From a virus (taxonomy: Duplodnaviria > Heunggongvirae > Uroviricota > Caudoviricetes): a stretch of 36,679 nt of DNA. Of this stretch, positions 8,604-18,151 are shown one piece after another (positions within the stretch are counted from its first letter, which is position 1; each line of letters begins with the position of its first letter). The DNA is taken from the IMG/VR virus record IMGVR_UViG_2579778919_000010. One strand, given 5' to 3'. The translations under genes were made by a program, and so were the position numbers. The notes under the pieces were generated by a model. It did no database searches. It was not told the DNA's origin and saw only the letters and a program-made list of their open reading frames with translations.

Positions 8604-10522
8604 CAGCCTTGCTCCACGCTGGACACGCCAGCAGATGCACTAAGTTTGATATCCGGCTGGTTCATGGTGACGCTTTTAACACGGCCACCGCCACCCTCAA
8701 GGATCACGCGGATTTCACCCTGCATTTTCTGTAGGGTTGTGGGTAATGCAGGTGGCTGAACAGGCTTATCAAACGCGTTTTTGTTTTCAATTGCGGCGTT
8801 GGTGCCACGCAGAAAATCAACGATGACACCAAACAAAGAATGATCACTCGTTTCAGGGCGCGGTCTGTCTGCCGGGGGATTTTCAGCCGCAGGAATGAAC
8901 GGCGTCGCCGGGGTCAGTGATGCCCACGGGCGCGGGTCAATAACCGGTTTCTCATTTGCTTTGCGTTTGGCACGATCCTTTGCCCACTGAACCATGCCAG
9001 CTTTGTCATCACTGCTCAGTGATGGTTCTTCATAAAGGTATGGAATAGTTGACGCCAGCATGGTCAGGCCGACCATTTCCTGTGGGCTGCCAGGACGTCT
9101 GGGACTATTAGGTTTACGGGGATTTTTTCCATCAGGTCCATCGGGGATTAAATCACCCGGCCCCCCCATCCCACCTTTGCCCATGTTCACGACATAAACG
9201 GGCATAACACCGGAGCCAAAAACATCGGAGACGCCTTTAGGGATGCCTTTTCCGCCTTTTTCTGGCTGGAGAAACTCCCATGCACCTTTACCAATTTTAA
9301 ATGCTTTACGTGCCGCAATGACTCCAGCGGTCGCAATGGCTATTTTCTTGCCGACTTCCAGCCAGTTCTGAACCGTCTTTTGATCAACTGAATTGATAGC
9401 ATCAGCCAGGTCCTGTACCGGGCCGGCAAGATTGCTGTTAGAAAACTTCTTCCAGGTAACATTCAGGCTGGTCAGTGCCGAAGTAAAATCTTTCGCCGCA
9501 TATTCAGCATCTTTCATGATGCCTGTGCCGTCCCCGACAACTGACTGGTATCGCTTGAGGTTTTCTGCTCCTTTACCAGAGGTGGCACTGCTGATAAGTA
9601 AAATACTGTCCTGGTTAAAACCGGCTTCCAGGAGTCTTTTATTCTGTTTCTCAGAACCTTTACTCCCTGATTTTTTAGCGATTTCCTCCAGGAGTGTTGG
9701 AAGTGATCGCATCTTCCCATCTTTGTCATAAACGTTGACACCATTCTTTCGAAGGGTGCTAACAACCTTTGGCAACTGCAGATCACGAATAAGGTTTTCA
9801 GTCGCCGTGGCTGCTGTATCACGGTTGCCTGTGGCATCAATGGCTGATTCCAGTACAACGCCTACGTCTTTGACTCCCTTAACGCCACTCCCGCCAGCAG
9901 CGGAGTACATAGAGAAGGCTCTGACGCCTTTTTCTGCAATGTCTTTCAGCTCAAATGCGCCTTCTTTTCCCAGAAGGTTTAACGTGTCCATAGCTGCAAG
10001 CGTCTGCTTTTCAGTCTGAAGACCAAATTTGGGGAACTGAGAAAACAGTCCGCCAATCGAATCCCCCTGAGAGCCTGATGCAGCGATAGAGGCGGCTATC
10101 ATGCCCTTATTCTGAATACCGAAATCCAGATCACCGGTCGTTTTGTTGACATTCTCCAGTGCGGCCAACACCTCCGAGTCATCCACCCGGAATTTGATGG
10201 CGGTATCCTGAATACCATCAAAGATATTGCGCATCTCATCACGAGTTTTACCGGCGGCAATACCCAGCCCGGTTAATTGTCGATCTGTTTTAGCAAATTC
10301 TCTCAGCGCTGCGCCGCTGGCAAGGCCGGCAATCATCGTTGTATAGCGATTACTGAGCATGTCCAGACCACGTCCGGCAGATTCAGACGCGGCCTTAACA
10401 ACAGACATTGCTTTCTGGTTACGGCTGGCAAACTCGCTCATGTTAGCGCCGTACTGGCGGGCTTTAGCCGTCAGGTTCCCGGCAAGGTTAATCAGAATTT
10501 CAGTGCTTAGGCGGTTTGTCAT
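8603..10522 (-). CDS. Tail tape measure protein (Mu gp42-like)
   Basis: 639 aa, Gly/Ala-rich with a GKGGMGGPG stretch; lies between the chaperone and N. Confidence 0.85.
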   Translation of the reverse strand: MTNRLSTEILINLAGNLTAKARQYGANMSEFASRNQKAMSVVKAASESAGRGLDMLSNRYTTMIAGLASGAALREFAKTDRQLTGLGIAAGKTRDEMRNIFDGIQDTAIKFRVDDSEVLAALENVNKTTGDLDFGIQNKGMIAASIAASGSQGDSIGGLFSQFPKFGLQTEKQTLAAMDTLNLLGKEGAFELKDIAEKGVRAFSMYSAAGGSGVKGVKDVGVVLESAIDATGNRDTAATATENLIRDLQLPKVVSTLRKNGVNVYDKDGKMRSLPTLLEEIAKKSGSKGSEKQNKRLLEAGFNQDSILLISSATSGKGAENLKRYQSVVGDGTGIMKDAEYAAKDFTSALTSLNVTWKKFSNSNLAGPVQDLADAINSVDQKTVQNWLEVGKKIAIATAGVIAARKAFKIGKGAWEFLQPEKGGKGIPKGVSDVFGSGVMPVYVVNMGKGGMGGPGDLIPDGPDGKNPRKPNSPRRPGSPQEMVGLTMLASTIPYLYEEPSLSSDDKAGMVQWAKDRAKRKANEKPVIDPRPWASLTPATPFIPAAENPPADRPRPETSDHSLFGVIVDFLRGTNAAIENKNAFDKPVQPPALPTTLQKMQGEIRVILEGGGGRVKSVTMNQPDIKLSASAGVSSVEQG

Positions 10523-10608
10523 ATTGCTTCCTCAGTTGCCTGACCTGAATAAGCAACTGCCGTAGGGGCAGTTGCTCAAGCCGGTTAACATCGAAACGCT
10601 GAGAGAGG

Positions 10609-11004
10609 TTAATCAGCAGTAGATTGAGCGCCGCTGCCATCGGCATCATGTCGCCCCCGTTCGGCAGTCTCCCCCAGCATGTCATCCATCGCCTGACCCT
10701 TTTCTGTCAGCAACTTCAAATCTTCCGGATGCAGGGCATAAATTTGATTCATGTCCAGCGGGCCGGGGATTTCTCCAATCTTCTTAATCTGCCGGCGCAT
10801 CATCTCCAGACCCATCATGACCTCAGAGCAGTAGGCAACCGCCTTGCCGTTATCCCCAATCACAACGCGCTCGGAGGCCAGTTGTGATTCGATAACATCC
10901 CGTGATGTCAGCTCGCGTAGCGTCACATCCTTGTGAAGCATTTCGTCGGTAGTACCTTTGCCGGTGCGCAGACCGTGTACCAGAGGGAATGTCAGTTCAG
11001 CCAT
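10609..11004 (-). CDS. Tail assembly chaperone (Mu gp41-like)
   Basis: 131 aa between the tube and tape-measure genes; an overlapping alternate-frame ORF (10500..10685) suggests a frameshift extension. Confidence 0.65.
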   Translation of the reverse strand: MAELTFPLVHGLRTGKGTTDEMLHKDVTLRELTSRDVIESQLASERVVIGDNGKAVAYCSEVMMGLEMMRRQIKKIGEIPGPLDMNQIYALHPEDLKLLTEKGQAMDDMLGETAERGRHDADGSGAQSTAD

Positions 11005-11007
11005 GTC

Positions 11008-11364
11008 TTACACCTTCACACACTTGACGCCGATGAAGTTAGCCGAAACTGTCCCCGCGTCTTCGTCCAGTTCAGCCGGGTTATCGGTGGCCGCGCCGGT
11101 CATCATGTAGTTGAGGCCGTTGTCACCGTAGAACATGACGGTCACGTCCTCCCAGTTACTGATTTCAATCACATCAACGTCACGATCCGCTGCAATGGTC
11201 AGTTTGATGGAGGGGGCAGCCATCTTGCGGGAATTCCCCCAGACCTTACCGCCGCCCATGTGTTGCTGGCGGGCATAGCCACCCGGATTCAGGGTGGACT
11301 TGCCTTCAGTTTTGATTTCACGGCCATTAATACGAATCGCCGCCATACCCAGAATATTTGCCAT
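11008..11364 (-). CDS. M: Tail tube protein (Mu M / gp40-like)
   Basis: 118 aa immediately after the sheath gene. Confidence 0.8.
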   Translation of the reverse strand: MANILGMAAIRINGREIKTEGKSTLNPGGYARQQHMGGGKVWGNSRKMAAPSIKLTIAADRDVDVIEISNWEDVTVMFYGDNGLNYMMTGAATDNPAELDEDAGTVSANFIGVKCVKV

Positions 11365-11373
11365 GCTGGTTCC

Positions 11374-12855
11374 TTAAAGTTTGAACTGGATGAGACCGGC
11401 CAGAACGCGCAACTGATTCACCAGATTCGGGTGGCAGATAAAGTTCAGACGGTTTGGGTCTTTGCTGTCGATGGTGACATCAAGCGTGTCTTTATAATCT
11501 TCGAAATCCTCCACCAGACCTGCCGGGATAAGCTCAGTCAGCGCAATATCCAGTAACTCAGCCCGACAGATTTTTGGCGTCATGACTGGCTGACCGGCAT
11601 CGAGCAAATCAAGCACGTCATCACCCGCCAGCTTGTGGCGTGGGTAGCGACTGGTGAAACGGTTTTTGATGACATAACGGATACGGCCAAGCGTTGCTGG
11701 CGACTGCACATCGAGGTATGAAATGTCCGTATCGCCATAGCGGTTTACGCGGTACATGGTGATTTCGCGCTCAATACAGACGTTATCTCCGGCATCAACA
11801 AAGTGCGTGGCGATACCGTCATGCAACAGCAGGTTACGCTCTGGCATATCCCAGCGGATACCGCGAGCGGGGGGCTTGATGCCTGTCAGGATCAGAGTCT
11901 GGAGAGGACGGGCCGGATCTATGGCAAGCTGGTATGCCGCCGTTGCACCGTAGCTGGCGGCCCACATCCATGACGGTTCAGGTGCGATGTTGGTGCCGAT
12001 ACAGGAAATCAGCCAGTCATTGCGGGTATGTCCGAATGTTCCGCTCTGGGCATGTGTTCCGCGATAAGCAGACCACAACAGCGCCTCCATCATCTTGAGC
12101 GGCCCCCAGCGTTCCAGCAGTTCGTCACGAATGGTGTTCAGGCTCTGGGCATCGAGGTACGGGAAGATGATATCCGTGTACCAGTCATCTCCCAGCGCCG
12201 CGACAACAGACTGAATATCCGGCGTCCCCGTACCACCCGAAAATGCGGTCAGTGTTGCACTGATGCCGGCAGGTGTTTTTTCTCCGGCGTAATAGTTCAG
12301 GCGCACATCACTGTCATTTCCCGTGACGCCTTTCCACTTCACGGTCAGCACTACCGTTGCAGCAGCTTCAGCTTTTGCTGTGGCAGTAACCTGAGTGGCA
12401 GGCTTTGCGGTAATTGCAGCGATGATATTGCCGGCAATGGTTGCCGCTTCATCACCGATGCTGACCCCGACCTGGACAGATACGCCATTGATCATCAGTG
12501 CCAGCGTACCAGCCTGAGTGGCGGTGCCGAGCATCGTGACTGTGGCACTCGCCGCGGCACCCTGGGCAATATCTTCCAGTCCCATCGCATACATCTCGGT
12601 GTAACTGTTGGCCATACGGACCATCTTTGCCATTTCACCCAGCATGGAGCCACGGCCATAGAGTTCATCAGCCATGCTGTCGCCAGTAATACGGTTCAGC
12701 GTCAACGGTAAAGCAGTCGCGCTGGCGAGCTGCTGACCCACAACCAGAATTTTTCGGGACTGTGCCGGCGCGGCACTCATCGCCATAGAGTTATCGATAT
12801 CGATCCAGACCAGCGGGACACGAATATCATCAGGAATATTACCGATGGACATCAT
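11374..12855 (-). CDS. L: Contractile tail sheath protein (Mu L / gp39-like)
   Basis: 493 aa, position and size. Confidence 0.85.
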   Translation of the reverse strand: MMSIGNIPDDIRVPLVWIDIDNSMAMSAAPAQSRKILVVGQQLASATALPLTLNRITGDSMADELYGRGSMLGEMAKMVRMANSYTEMYAMGLEDIAQGAAASATVTMLGTATQAGTLALMINGVSVQVGVSIGDEAATIAGNIIAAITAKPATQVTATAKAEAAATVVLTVKWKGVTGNDSDVRLNYYAGEKTPAGISATLTAFSGGTGTPDIQSVVAALGDDWYTDIIFPYLDAQSLNTIRDELLERWGPLKMMEALLWSAYRGTHAQSGTFGHTRNDWLISCIGTNIAPEPSWMWAASYGATAAYQLAIDPARPLQTLILTGIKPPARGIRWDMPERNLLLHDGIATHFVDAGDNVCIEREITMYRVNRYGDTDISYLDVQSPATLGRIRYVIKNRFTSRYPRHKLAGDDVLDLLDAGQPVMTPKICRAELLDIALTELIPAGLVEDFEDYKDTLDVTIDSKDPNRLNFICHPNLVNQLRVLAGLIQFKL

Positions 12856-13040
12856 GCCTCCTTATCGGTTTTAGGTGTGCGGGACTTCGGTGGCTCAGTG
12901 ATATTCACATCGCCTTCTTTTTCACGGCGCAGCCAGTACGCATTGACCGGCAGCGTCTCGCCATCAGCGGCAAGGTGACTGCCATCAGCCTTACGAACGA
13001 GCAGGCCCGCCCGTGATGGCTTAATCATTTTCTTTGTCAT
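12852..13040 (-). CDS. Small virion protein (Mu gp38-like)
   Basis: 62 aa, coupled between the neck genes and sheath. Confidence 0.45.
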   Translation of the reverse strand: MTKKMIKPSRAGLLVRKADGSHLAADGETLPVNAYWLRREKEGDVNITEPPKSRTPKTDKEA

Positions 13041-13644
13041 CAGTCTGTCCTTCTCTTACGTTTATGATTTGCGGCTCATCGCTTACAGGCTGTCCGTTCA
13101 CCACAATGGTTGCCCCCAGTCGCAGGAATTCCGGCAGCGTGGACAGGTCTATCTCATCATCAAGACGGAATTCCTGTTCCCATGTAACGGCCCACATGGT
13201 GATCCCGAGATTGTCCAGGCCACCCGACCAGAGGTTTTCAGCGGCGATGTTCTCAGCCATACGCTCAGCCTTCATGCCCGCAGCCGCTTCACGACAACTG
13301 ATACGACGGGCAAGGCGTCCGGCAATAACCTCACAGCGGGCATCGCGCGGGTATCCCCAGAAATCAGCCATCATGATGTAGGCCGCCCAGGTCACAAGTC
13401 CGGTCATGCCGCGACGGTTCTGGATATTCCTGACCCGTAAGGCCGCAATACGGATACTGCCGCCGCGCCCGGACATATAGCTTTTGACCTGATCCGGGGT
13501 GTTAAACTGACCGATGTGACGCTCCACCTTTTCAACCCGGTCAGGTTGCTTTTCACCCTCCAGTTCAGCTTTCAGCCAGTTAACAATATTCTCGGCGGCA
13601 CTGACCGTACTGCCCAGGGTGACGAACGCCGGACGTTCATTCAT
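13021..13644 (-). CDS. Neck / tail completion protein (Mu gp37-like)
   Basis: 207 aa, synteny. Confidence 0.5.
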   Translation of the reverse strand: MNERPAFVTLGSTVSAAENIVNWLKAELEGEKQPDRVEKVERHIGQFNTPDQVKSYMSGRGGSIRIAALRVRNIQNRRGMTGLVTWAAYIMMADFWGYPRDARCEVIAGRLARRISCREAAAGMKAERMAENIAAENLWSGGLDNLGITMWAVTWEQEFRLDDEIDLSTLPEFLRLGATIVVNGQPVSDEPQIINVREGQTDDKEND

Positions 13645-14186
13645 TGCAGAACCTCATTCCAGAAATCCCCGATGACGTGCAGCAGTTCCTGACTGTTCCC
13701 GGAGGACAGGCCGAGGAACTCACGCTGCGGGATGTTCAACATACGTTTATGCGCCCCCACGGTTTGCCATACCCCGTGTTTAAGCGCCCGTCCAAATGCC
13801 TGTGAGATGAGTCGCTTATGGGCTGACACAGACACCGAGCCGGAAAACCCCTCGTTGTGCGTCCGGCCATAATCAAGCGGCGTACCCACACGAACGACAG
13901 AGCCGCTGACCACATACTGGATACTGTCGAGCAGATCGCCGTTGCCCTGTAACAGGCTCTGGTTGCTGTGTCTGGTTTTCGCGTAGCTGTCAGACCAGTC
14001 CTGCCATTTCTCGCCGGCAGGACTGGATTTTTCGCTGGAGATGCGCCGGCGGGTCTGTGACTCCACCACAGCGCCAATGCTCTCCAGTAGCTCCTGTTGC
14101 AGCGACTGGTCAGCCAGTCGCTCAATCGCACGGCGAATGTCCTGAAACTTCTGGTCTCCTCTGACCTCGACAGTAATTCCCATCAC
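13641..14186 (-). CDS. Virion morphogenesis / tail completion protein
   Basis: 181 aa, synteny between head and tail modules. Confidence 0.5.
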   Translation of the reverse strand: MMGITVEVRGDQKFQDIRRAIERLADQSLQQELLESIGAVVESQTRRRISSEKSSPAGEKWQDWSDSYAKTRHSNQSLLQGNGDLLDSIQYVVSGSVVRVGTPLDYGRTHNEGFSGSVSVSAHKRLISQAFGRALKHGVWQTVGAHKRMLNIPQREFLGLSSGNSQELLHVIGDFWNEVLQ

Positions 14187-14623
14187 AGCACCCCTTTCAG
14201 GTTGTTACGGGTGAACAGACGACGGTTTTCACTGACGATGATCAGCTTTCCGGTGTCGGTCTCAGGGACCGGGGTGTCAGACGGCACACCGAGGTCACGG
14301 GTGCCGTTGGCGATTTCACGCAGGGTGCGGAGGGCTTCGTCGTAACGCTTCTGGATTTCATCGGTGATCTGATGGTCCCGTTCAGACAGCCAGTAGAACG
14401 CGATGGAAACCGCCGCCCGGCGCAACGGACTCGGCAGGCTCGGAAGGTTCAGCGGCAACTGATAACGCTTTGCCAGAAAGGAATTAATTTCTGCATCAGT
14501 GTCATCAATCGCACGCTGGATCTTTTCTTCGTCGAGCTGCTGCGTCTCTTTGTTGATTGCCATGTTCCAGACGCGGTCACCATCGGTTGCCAGCAGGTCC
14601 TCACGCGTTACGTAGATGCCCAT
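14183..14623 (-). CDS. Head-tail connector protein (Mu gp36-like)
   Basis: 146 aa, synteny. Confidence 0.5.
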   Translation of the reverse strand: MGIYVTREDLLATDGDRVWNMAINKETQQLDEEKIQRAIDDTDAEINSFLAKRYQLPLNLPSLPSPLRRAAVSIAFYWLSERDHQITDEIQKRYDEALRTLREIANGTRDLGVPSDTPVPETDTGKLIIVSENRRLFTRNNLKGVL

Positions 14624-15216
14624 TATTTGCTCTCCACGTCGGCTTCAGTCCCGGCAACGGTCGCCAGTTCGGTCACAATCAGCATCTTTTCAGCCTTCAG
14701 ACGCAGGGCTGTGTCGGTACTGATCACACACCCCTGTAGCGGATTACCACCGGCATCTTCCAGAATCTGTTCATCCGGGTTATCGCTGACAAACACATGC
14801 ACCGTATCGTGCGGCCAGAATCGGCCAGCCCGGCGAAAACCGTTTTCCGGAATGGCGCGGACCTCCAGCACCACGACATTTTCAGCAATGCGAACAGCCT
14901 CTGAATGGTCATGTGCCAGCGTCTCCTGCCAGAGATGTTTTCTCAGGTCATCACCCGTGTTCTCACCCGGTATGGTGACAAGACTGACTGTGGCCGGGAT
15001 AACCGTTATTCCATTGTCACCGGGTACAGGTTCCGGGTCAGATGCGACATCTGAAGCTGCAACCGCCGGTTGTGATGCCTGACTGTCATCAGTAATAACT
15101 GGTGCCACCGGTGCCGGTTTCGCCGGGACAGGCGTATCCTTCGTTGCTTTGTCGTCTTTCTTTTCCGAAGTGGTTCCGGTCTTACCAGCGGCTGACTTAT
15201 TAACTTTTCCACTCAC
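14623..15216 (-). CDS. Putative head-associated protein with low-complexity Pro/Ala/Thr-rich N-terminus (gp35 position)
   Basis: 197 aa; GTG start at 15216 with GAGG ~9 nt upstream; directly after the capsid gene. Confidence 0.5.
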   Translation of the reverse strand: MSGKVNKSAAGKTGTTSEKKDDKATKDTPVPAKPAPVAPVITDDSQASQPAVAASDVASDPEPVPGDNGITVIPATVSLVTIPGENTGDDLRKHLWQETLAHDHSEAVRIAENVVVLEVRAIPENGFRRAGRFWPHDTVHVFVSDNPDEQILEDAGGNPLQGCVISTDTALRLKAEKMLIVTELATVAGTEADVESK

Positions 15217-15299
15217 TTTTTAAACCTCATTCAGGTTGGGTTTAAAGGAGGGTTAACCCCTCCTTAATCCGGCATTACGTGATTTTTTACGTAATGACG

Positions 15300-16193
15300 T
15301 CATGCTTTGACGTAAGGTGAGACCAGCAGGTCAACATCCTTGTAATAGATGTTTGAACCACCACCATCAGCCGTAACCGCTTCAATCAGCGCCTTGGCCG
15401 CACCACGGTTGTTCTTACCGACGACCAGCAATGTCGGATTCATGCCCAGAGGTTCGCCGTTAGAGTCCGTGATACCCATCATTGCGGAGACAGCGGCTTC
15501 ATAGTTCGCTTTGTTCAGTGCTGCTTTTGACCCCACACAGGTCTGCCAGAAACCAAAGCCAACGTTGCTGCGGCCATCGGTCCCGTAGGCGAATTCGTTC
15601 TGAAGGAACACACGCTCACTGGTGAGATCATCAAGGGCGATGAAGTTAAACGGACGGCGCTCCTGGTAAATGATGGGCAGCAGCGCATGCGTTGCATCAA
15701 TCAGGAACCACGGCTCACCCGTATCGGTCGCCGGGTCGCCCACAACGTTCGATTTGGTGGATGTACCAACAGGGTGATCAGTATCGAAGAAATACTGACC
15801 GTCCCAGCACAGCGTATCGAAGCCTTTGCACAGCAACTCAAACGACAGCTTGTCCGGGAAAATCGTGGTATCGCGGCCAAGCTGCTCAGCAATCACGGAA
15901 TACTGACCAATCTGATCGTCCTCGATTTTTTCGCGCTTGACCTTGACCGAGTTTTCCCAGGTCTTGTTGGTAATGACATACCCGGCCTGAGCCAGTTCTT
16001 TCAGCTGACGCGCCCCGATCCATTCTTTGATGGTCGGGAAGTCTTCAACCCAGCCATAAGTGTTAGACGCGCCGGAACTGGGGATGACCGTGGCGATGGA
16101 TCGATACTGCGGATTGACCCGACCAACACCTTTGGTAAAGGCGGCGCTCAGTGCGGTGGTCAGGGCATGCAACACTTCTGCGGATACCTGCAT
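15300..16193 (-). CDS. T: Major head (capsid) protein T
   Basis: 297 aa; Mu gpT-like; follows protease/scaffold gene I. Confidence 0.85.
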   Translation of the reverse strand: MQVSAEVLHALTTALSAAFTKGVGRVNPQYRSIATVIPSSGASNTYGWVEDFPTIKEWIGARQLKELAQAGYVITNKTWENSVKVKREKIEDDQIGQYSVIAEQLGRDTTIFPDKLSFELLCKGFDTLCWDGQYFFDTDHPVGTSTKSNVVGDPATDTGEPWFLIDATHALLPIIYQERRPFNFIALDDLTSERVFLQNEFAYGTDGRSNVGFGFWQTCVGSKAALNKANYEAAVSAMMGITDSNGEPLGMNPTLLVVGKNNRGAAKALIEAVTADGGGSNIYYKDVDLLVSPYVKA

Positions 16194-16196
16194 GAA

Positions 16197-17153
16197 TTAT
16201 TTCTCCTGCTTACGAACGGAAAGGAATTCTTCTTCGCTGATGCCCATATGGCGGCACATCGCGAGGTCTTCGTCAGAAAGCGAGGCATGACCTTCGGTGC
16301 CTTCTTTTTTGGTCGTCGTGGTCTTGCTGACAATGACCGGTGCCGCTTTCACGAATTCAGCAAACCGCTTTCGGCCCTCTTCAGAGCGGCAGGTGGCGAG
16401 ATACATTTCTCGGTTGGCCGGTGCGACTTTCCCCGACTCAATGGCGCTGTCCACCAGTGCTTCTGATTCTTTGATGGCAATCTCATTGAGTTTGTTTTCA
16501 GCGCTTTCCGCACGGTTAAGTGCTAACTGGTGGGTCTCTACCGGAATGAACTTCGTCAGGTCAGGATTCTCAGCGCGGTTAAGCGCCACCTGCTCGGCGG
16601 TCTTAATCTGCTGAATGGCTTTTACTGCGTCGTCTGCTGTGGCAGTGGCCGCGAGGCCAAGCACTGTCACAATCTGGACAGGTACGGTCATCGTGTTTTC
16701 CTCAGAGTTGAGTGCGGGTAAATCAAGGTTGGGTTTGTTGGTCAGCGCGGCGCTGGACAGGCGGGTGACCTGACCGTCCGCAGTGAACCGAAAGGCCGGA
16801 CTGTAATAGAGGTACTTCTTGCCGCGCAGCTGCGCCATGCCGTCATCAGTCCATTCAACGTGCGCCTCCACCACGCCATCACTGACGCGATAGCCGTCAA
16901 TCCAGCCATAAGCCGGGGCTTCATCGCCTTTCGGGCCTTTCAGTTCGGTAGAGTGCTCGATATCAAACGGGAGCTTTGGATAAGCCATCGAGGCACGAAT
17001 GATGGCTTCCGGATTGTTGTTCACCCACGAACGGCCATCACGCCCTGTAAAGGTTCCCGCCGGTATCATCGGCAGCCATTCCGGCAATGCATCATCGGTA
17101 AGGTCAGGAAGCTGAAAGCAGAGCGCCAGCAGTTCCGTATTGTTCGGGTTCAT
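16197..17153 (-). CDS. I: Head protease / scaffold protein I (with probable internal Z-like C-terminal part)
   Basis: 318 aa Mu I-like; acidic coiled-coil C-terminal half typical of scaffold. Confidence 0.8.
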   Translation of the reverse strand: MNPNNTELLALCFQLPDLTDDALPEWLPMIPAGTFTGRDGRSWVNNNPEAIIRASMAYPKLPFDIEHSTELKGPKGDEAPAYGWIDGYRVSDGVVEAHVEWTDDGMAQLRGKKYLYYSPAFRFTADGQVTRLSSAALTNKPNLDLPALNSEENTMTVPVQIVTVLGLAATATADDAVKAIQQIKTAEQVALNRAENPDLTKFIPVETHQLALNRAESAENKLNEIAIKESEALVDSAIESGKVAPANREMYLATCRSEEGRKRFAEFVKAAPVIVSKTTTTKKEGTEGHASLSDEDLAMCRHMGISEEEFLSVRKQEK

Positions 17154-17356
17154 GGTGTTGTCCGGTCACGTTGTTTACTTCCGGACAGTGTGGGGGGGAA
17201 CGGGGATGCAGGTGGATTAACCGGCTTCACTGTAAACGCGGCATGAAACCGCGTTTAAAACACGTTTAAAAACGCTGTGGCGCGTTTAACGATTTTTTCA
17301 CGTGCCGTCATGACGTAATAATCGTTAATGCCGCCACGCGCGTTGTGGGATGGTTT
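17154..17356. promoter_or_regulatory. Near-central intergenic region with CGCGTTTAA-type repeats: candidate late promoter and/or strong gyrase site analogue
   Basis: Three direct copies (accgcgtttaaaac, acacgtttaaaaac, ggcgcgtttaacg) plus an inverted copy (taaacgcgg); a 7-bp inverted repeat TGTCCGG/CCGGACA just upstream of the I start; ~600 bp from the prophage midpoint. Confidence 0.4.
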
Positions 17357-18151
17357 TTATCTTTGTGGCGAATGACTGTCAAACGCGTCCTGTTTTCTGC
17401 GTAGCTGTTCATCCAGCTCGCGACTGCGGGAGATTCCGGGGTTGTACGCCCAGCCGGGATCAATCCCCTCCGGAATGGTCTCTTCTTCGCCGGTGCGTTT
17501 GTTAACCCATCTGACCGTACGCACTTCAGGGGCTTCCGTGTTGATAGTGCCGTTGGCCTTCATCTGCTCATACTCATACCGGCTGATTTGCCGTGTACCG
17601 CATTTGCATCCCCAGCCGTTCGGCCCCATGTGTGTTCGCCAGAACGGATGATCCACCGGCAGGCAGACATCCTTCCAGCGCAGATGCTCCGCACGGTGCT
17701 CACGTGAGGGGCCGACGGTGTAGACAAGATAAGGCATTGCCCGTTGGGTCCGTTCAATACGCTGCCATTGTCCCGCCGCGCGGGCTGTCCGCATGTTGGT
17801 GTCGTAGATAACGCGCATCCGGCGGTCACTGCCGAGCTGGACAGTACGGGTTTCACCGGTCAGTGGATCATCCATCAGTTGCTGTCCCCACCATCCACGT
17901 TTGACCAGCATAGGTTTAAGAACCTCGCGAAATTGCTCAAAGGTCTGGCCGCTCTCCAGTGCGTCCTCCACGAGCTGGCGAACGTCCGCCAGCAAATCAA
18001 GCTGCGTCATCTTTGCCACAGTAAAGCCGATGCTGTGTTCTTCCATCCAGACATCGCGGTAATCAAATCCCGGCTTCAGCTTTTTCGCCTTCAGCCAGGC
18101 CAGTGCTTCCTGGGGAATAATGCTGTATTTATCGCTGACCGGCTTAGCCAT
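17357..18151 (-). CDS. F: Head morphogenesis protein F (Mu gp30-like)
   Basis: 264 aa immediately downstream of the portal gene. Confidence 0.75.
   Translation of the reverse strand: MAKPVSDKYSIIPQEALAWLKAKKLKPGFDYRDVWMEEHSIGFTVAKMTQLDLLADVRQLVEDALESGQTFEQFREVLKPMLVKRGWWGQQLMDDPLTGETRTVQLGSDRRMRVIYDTNMRTARAAGQWQRIERTQRAMPYLVYTVGPSREHRAEHLRWKDVCLPVDHPFWRTHMGPNGWGCKCGTRQISRYEYEQMKANGTINTEAPEVRTVRWVNKRTGEEETIPEGIDPGWAYNPGISRSRELDEQLRRKQDAFDSHSPQR

Noticed and set aside
8298-10019. Plus-strand ORFs inside the tape measure and N genes (for example 8298..8759, 9393..9731, 9735..10019)
   Set aside because: They are antisense to long, well-supported structural genes and are typical shadow ORFs.
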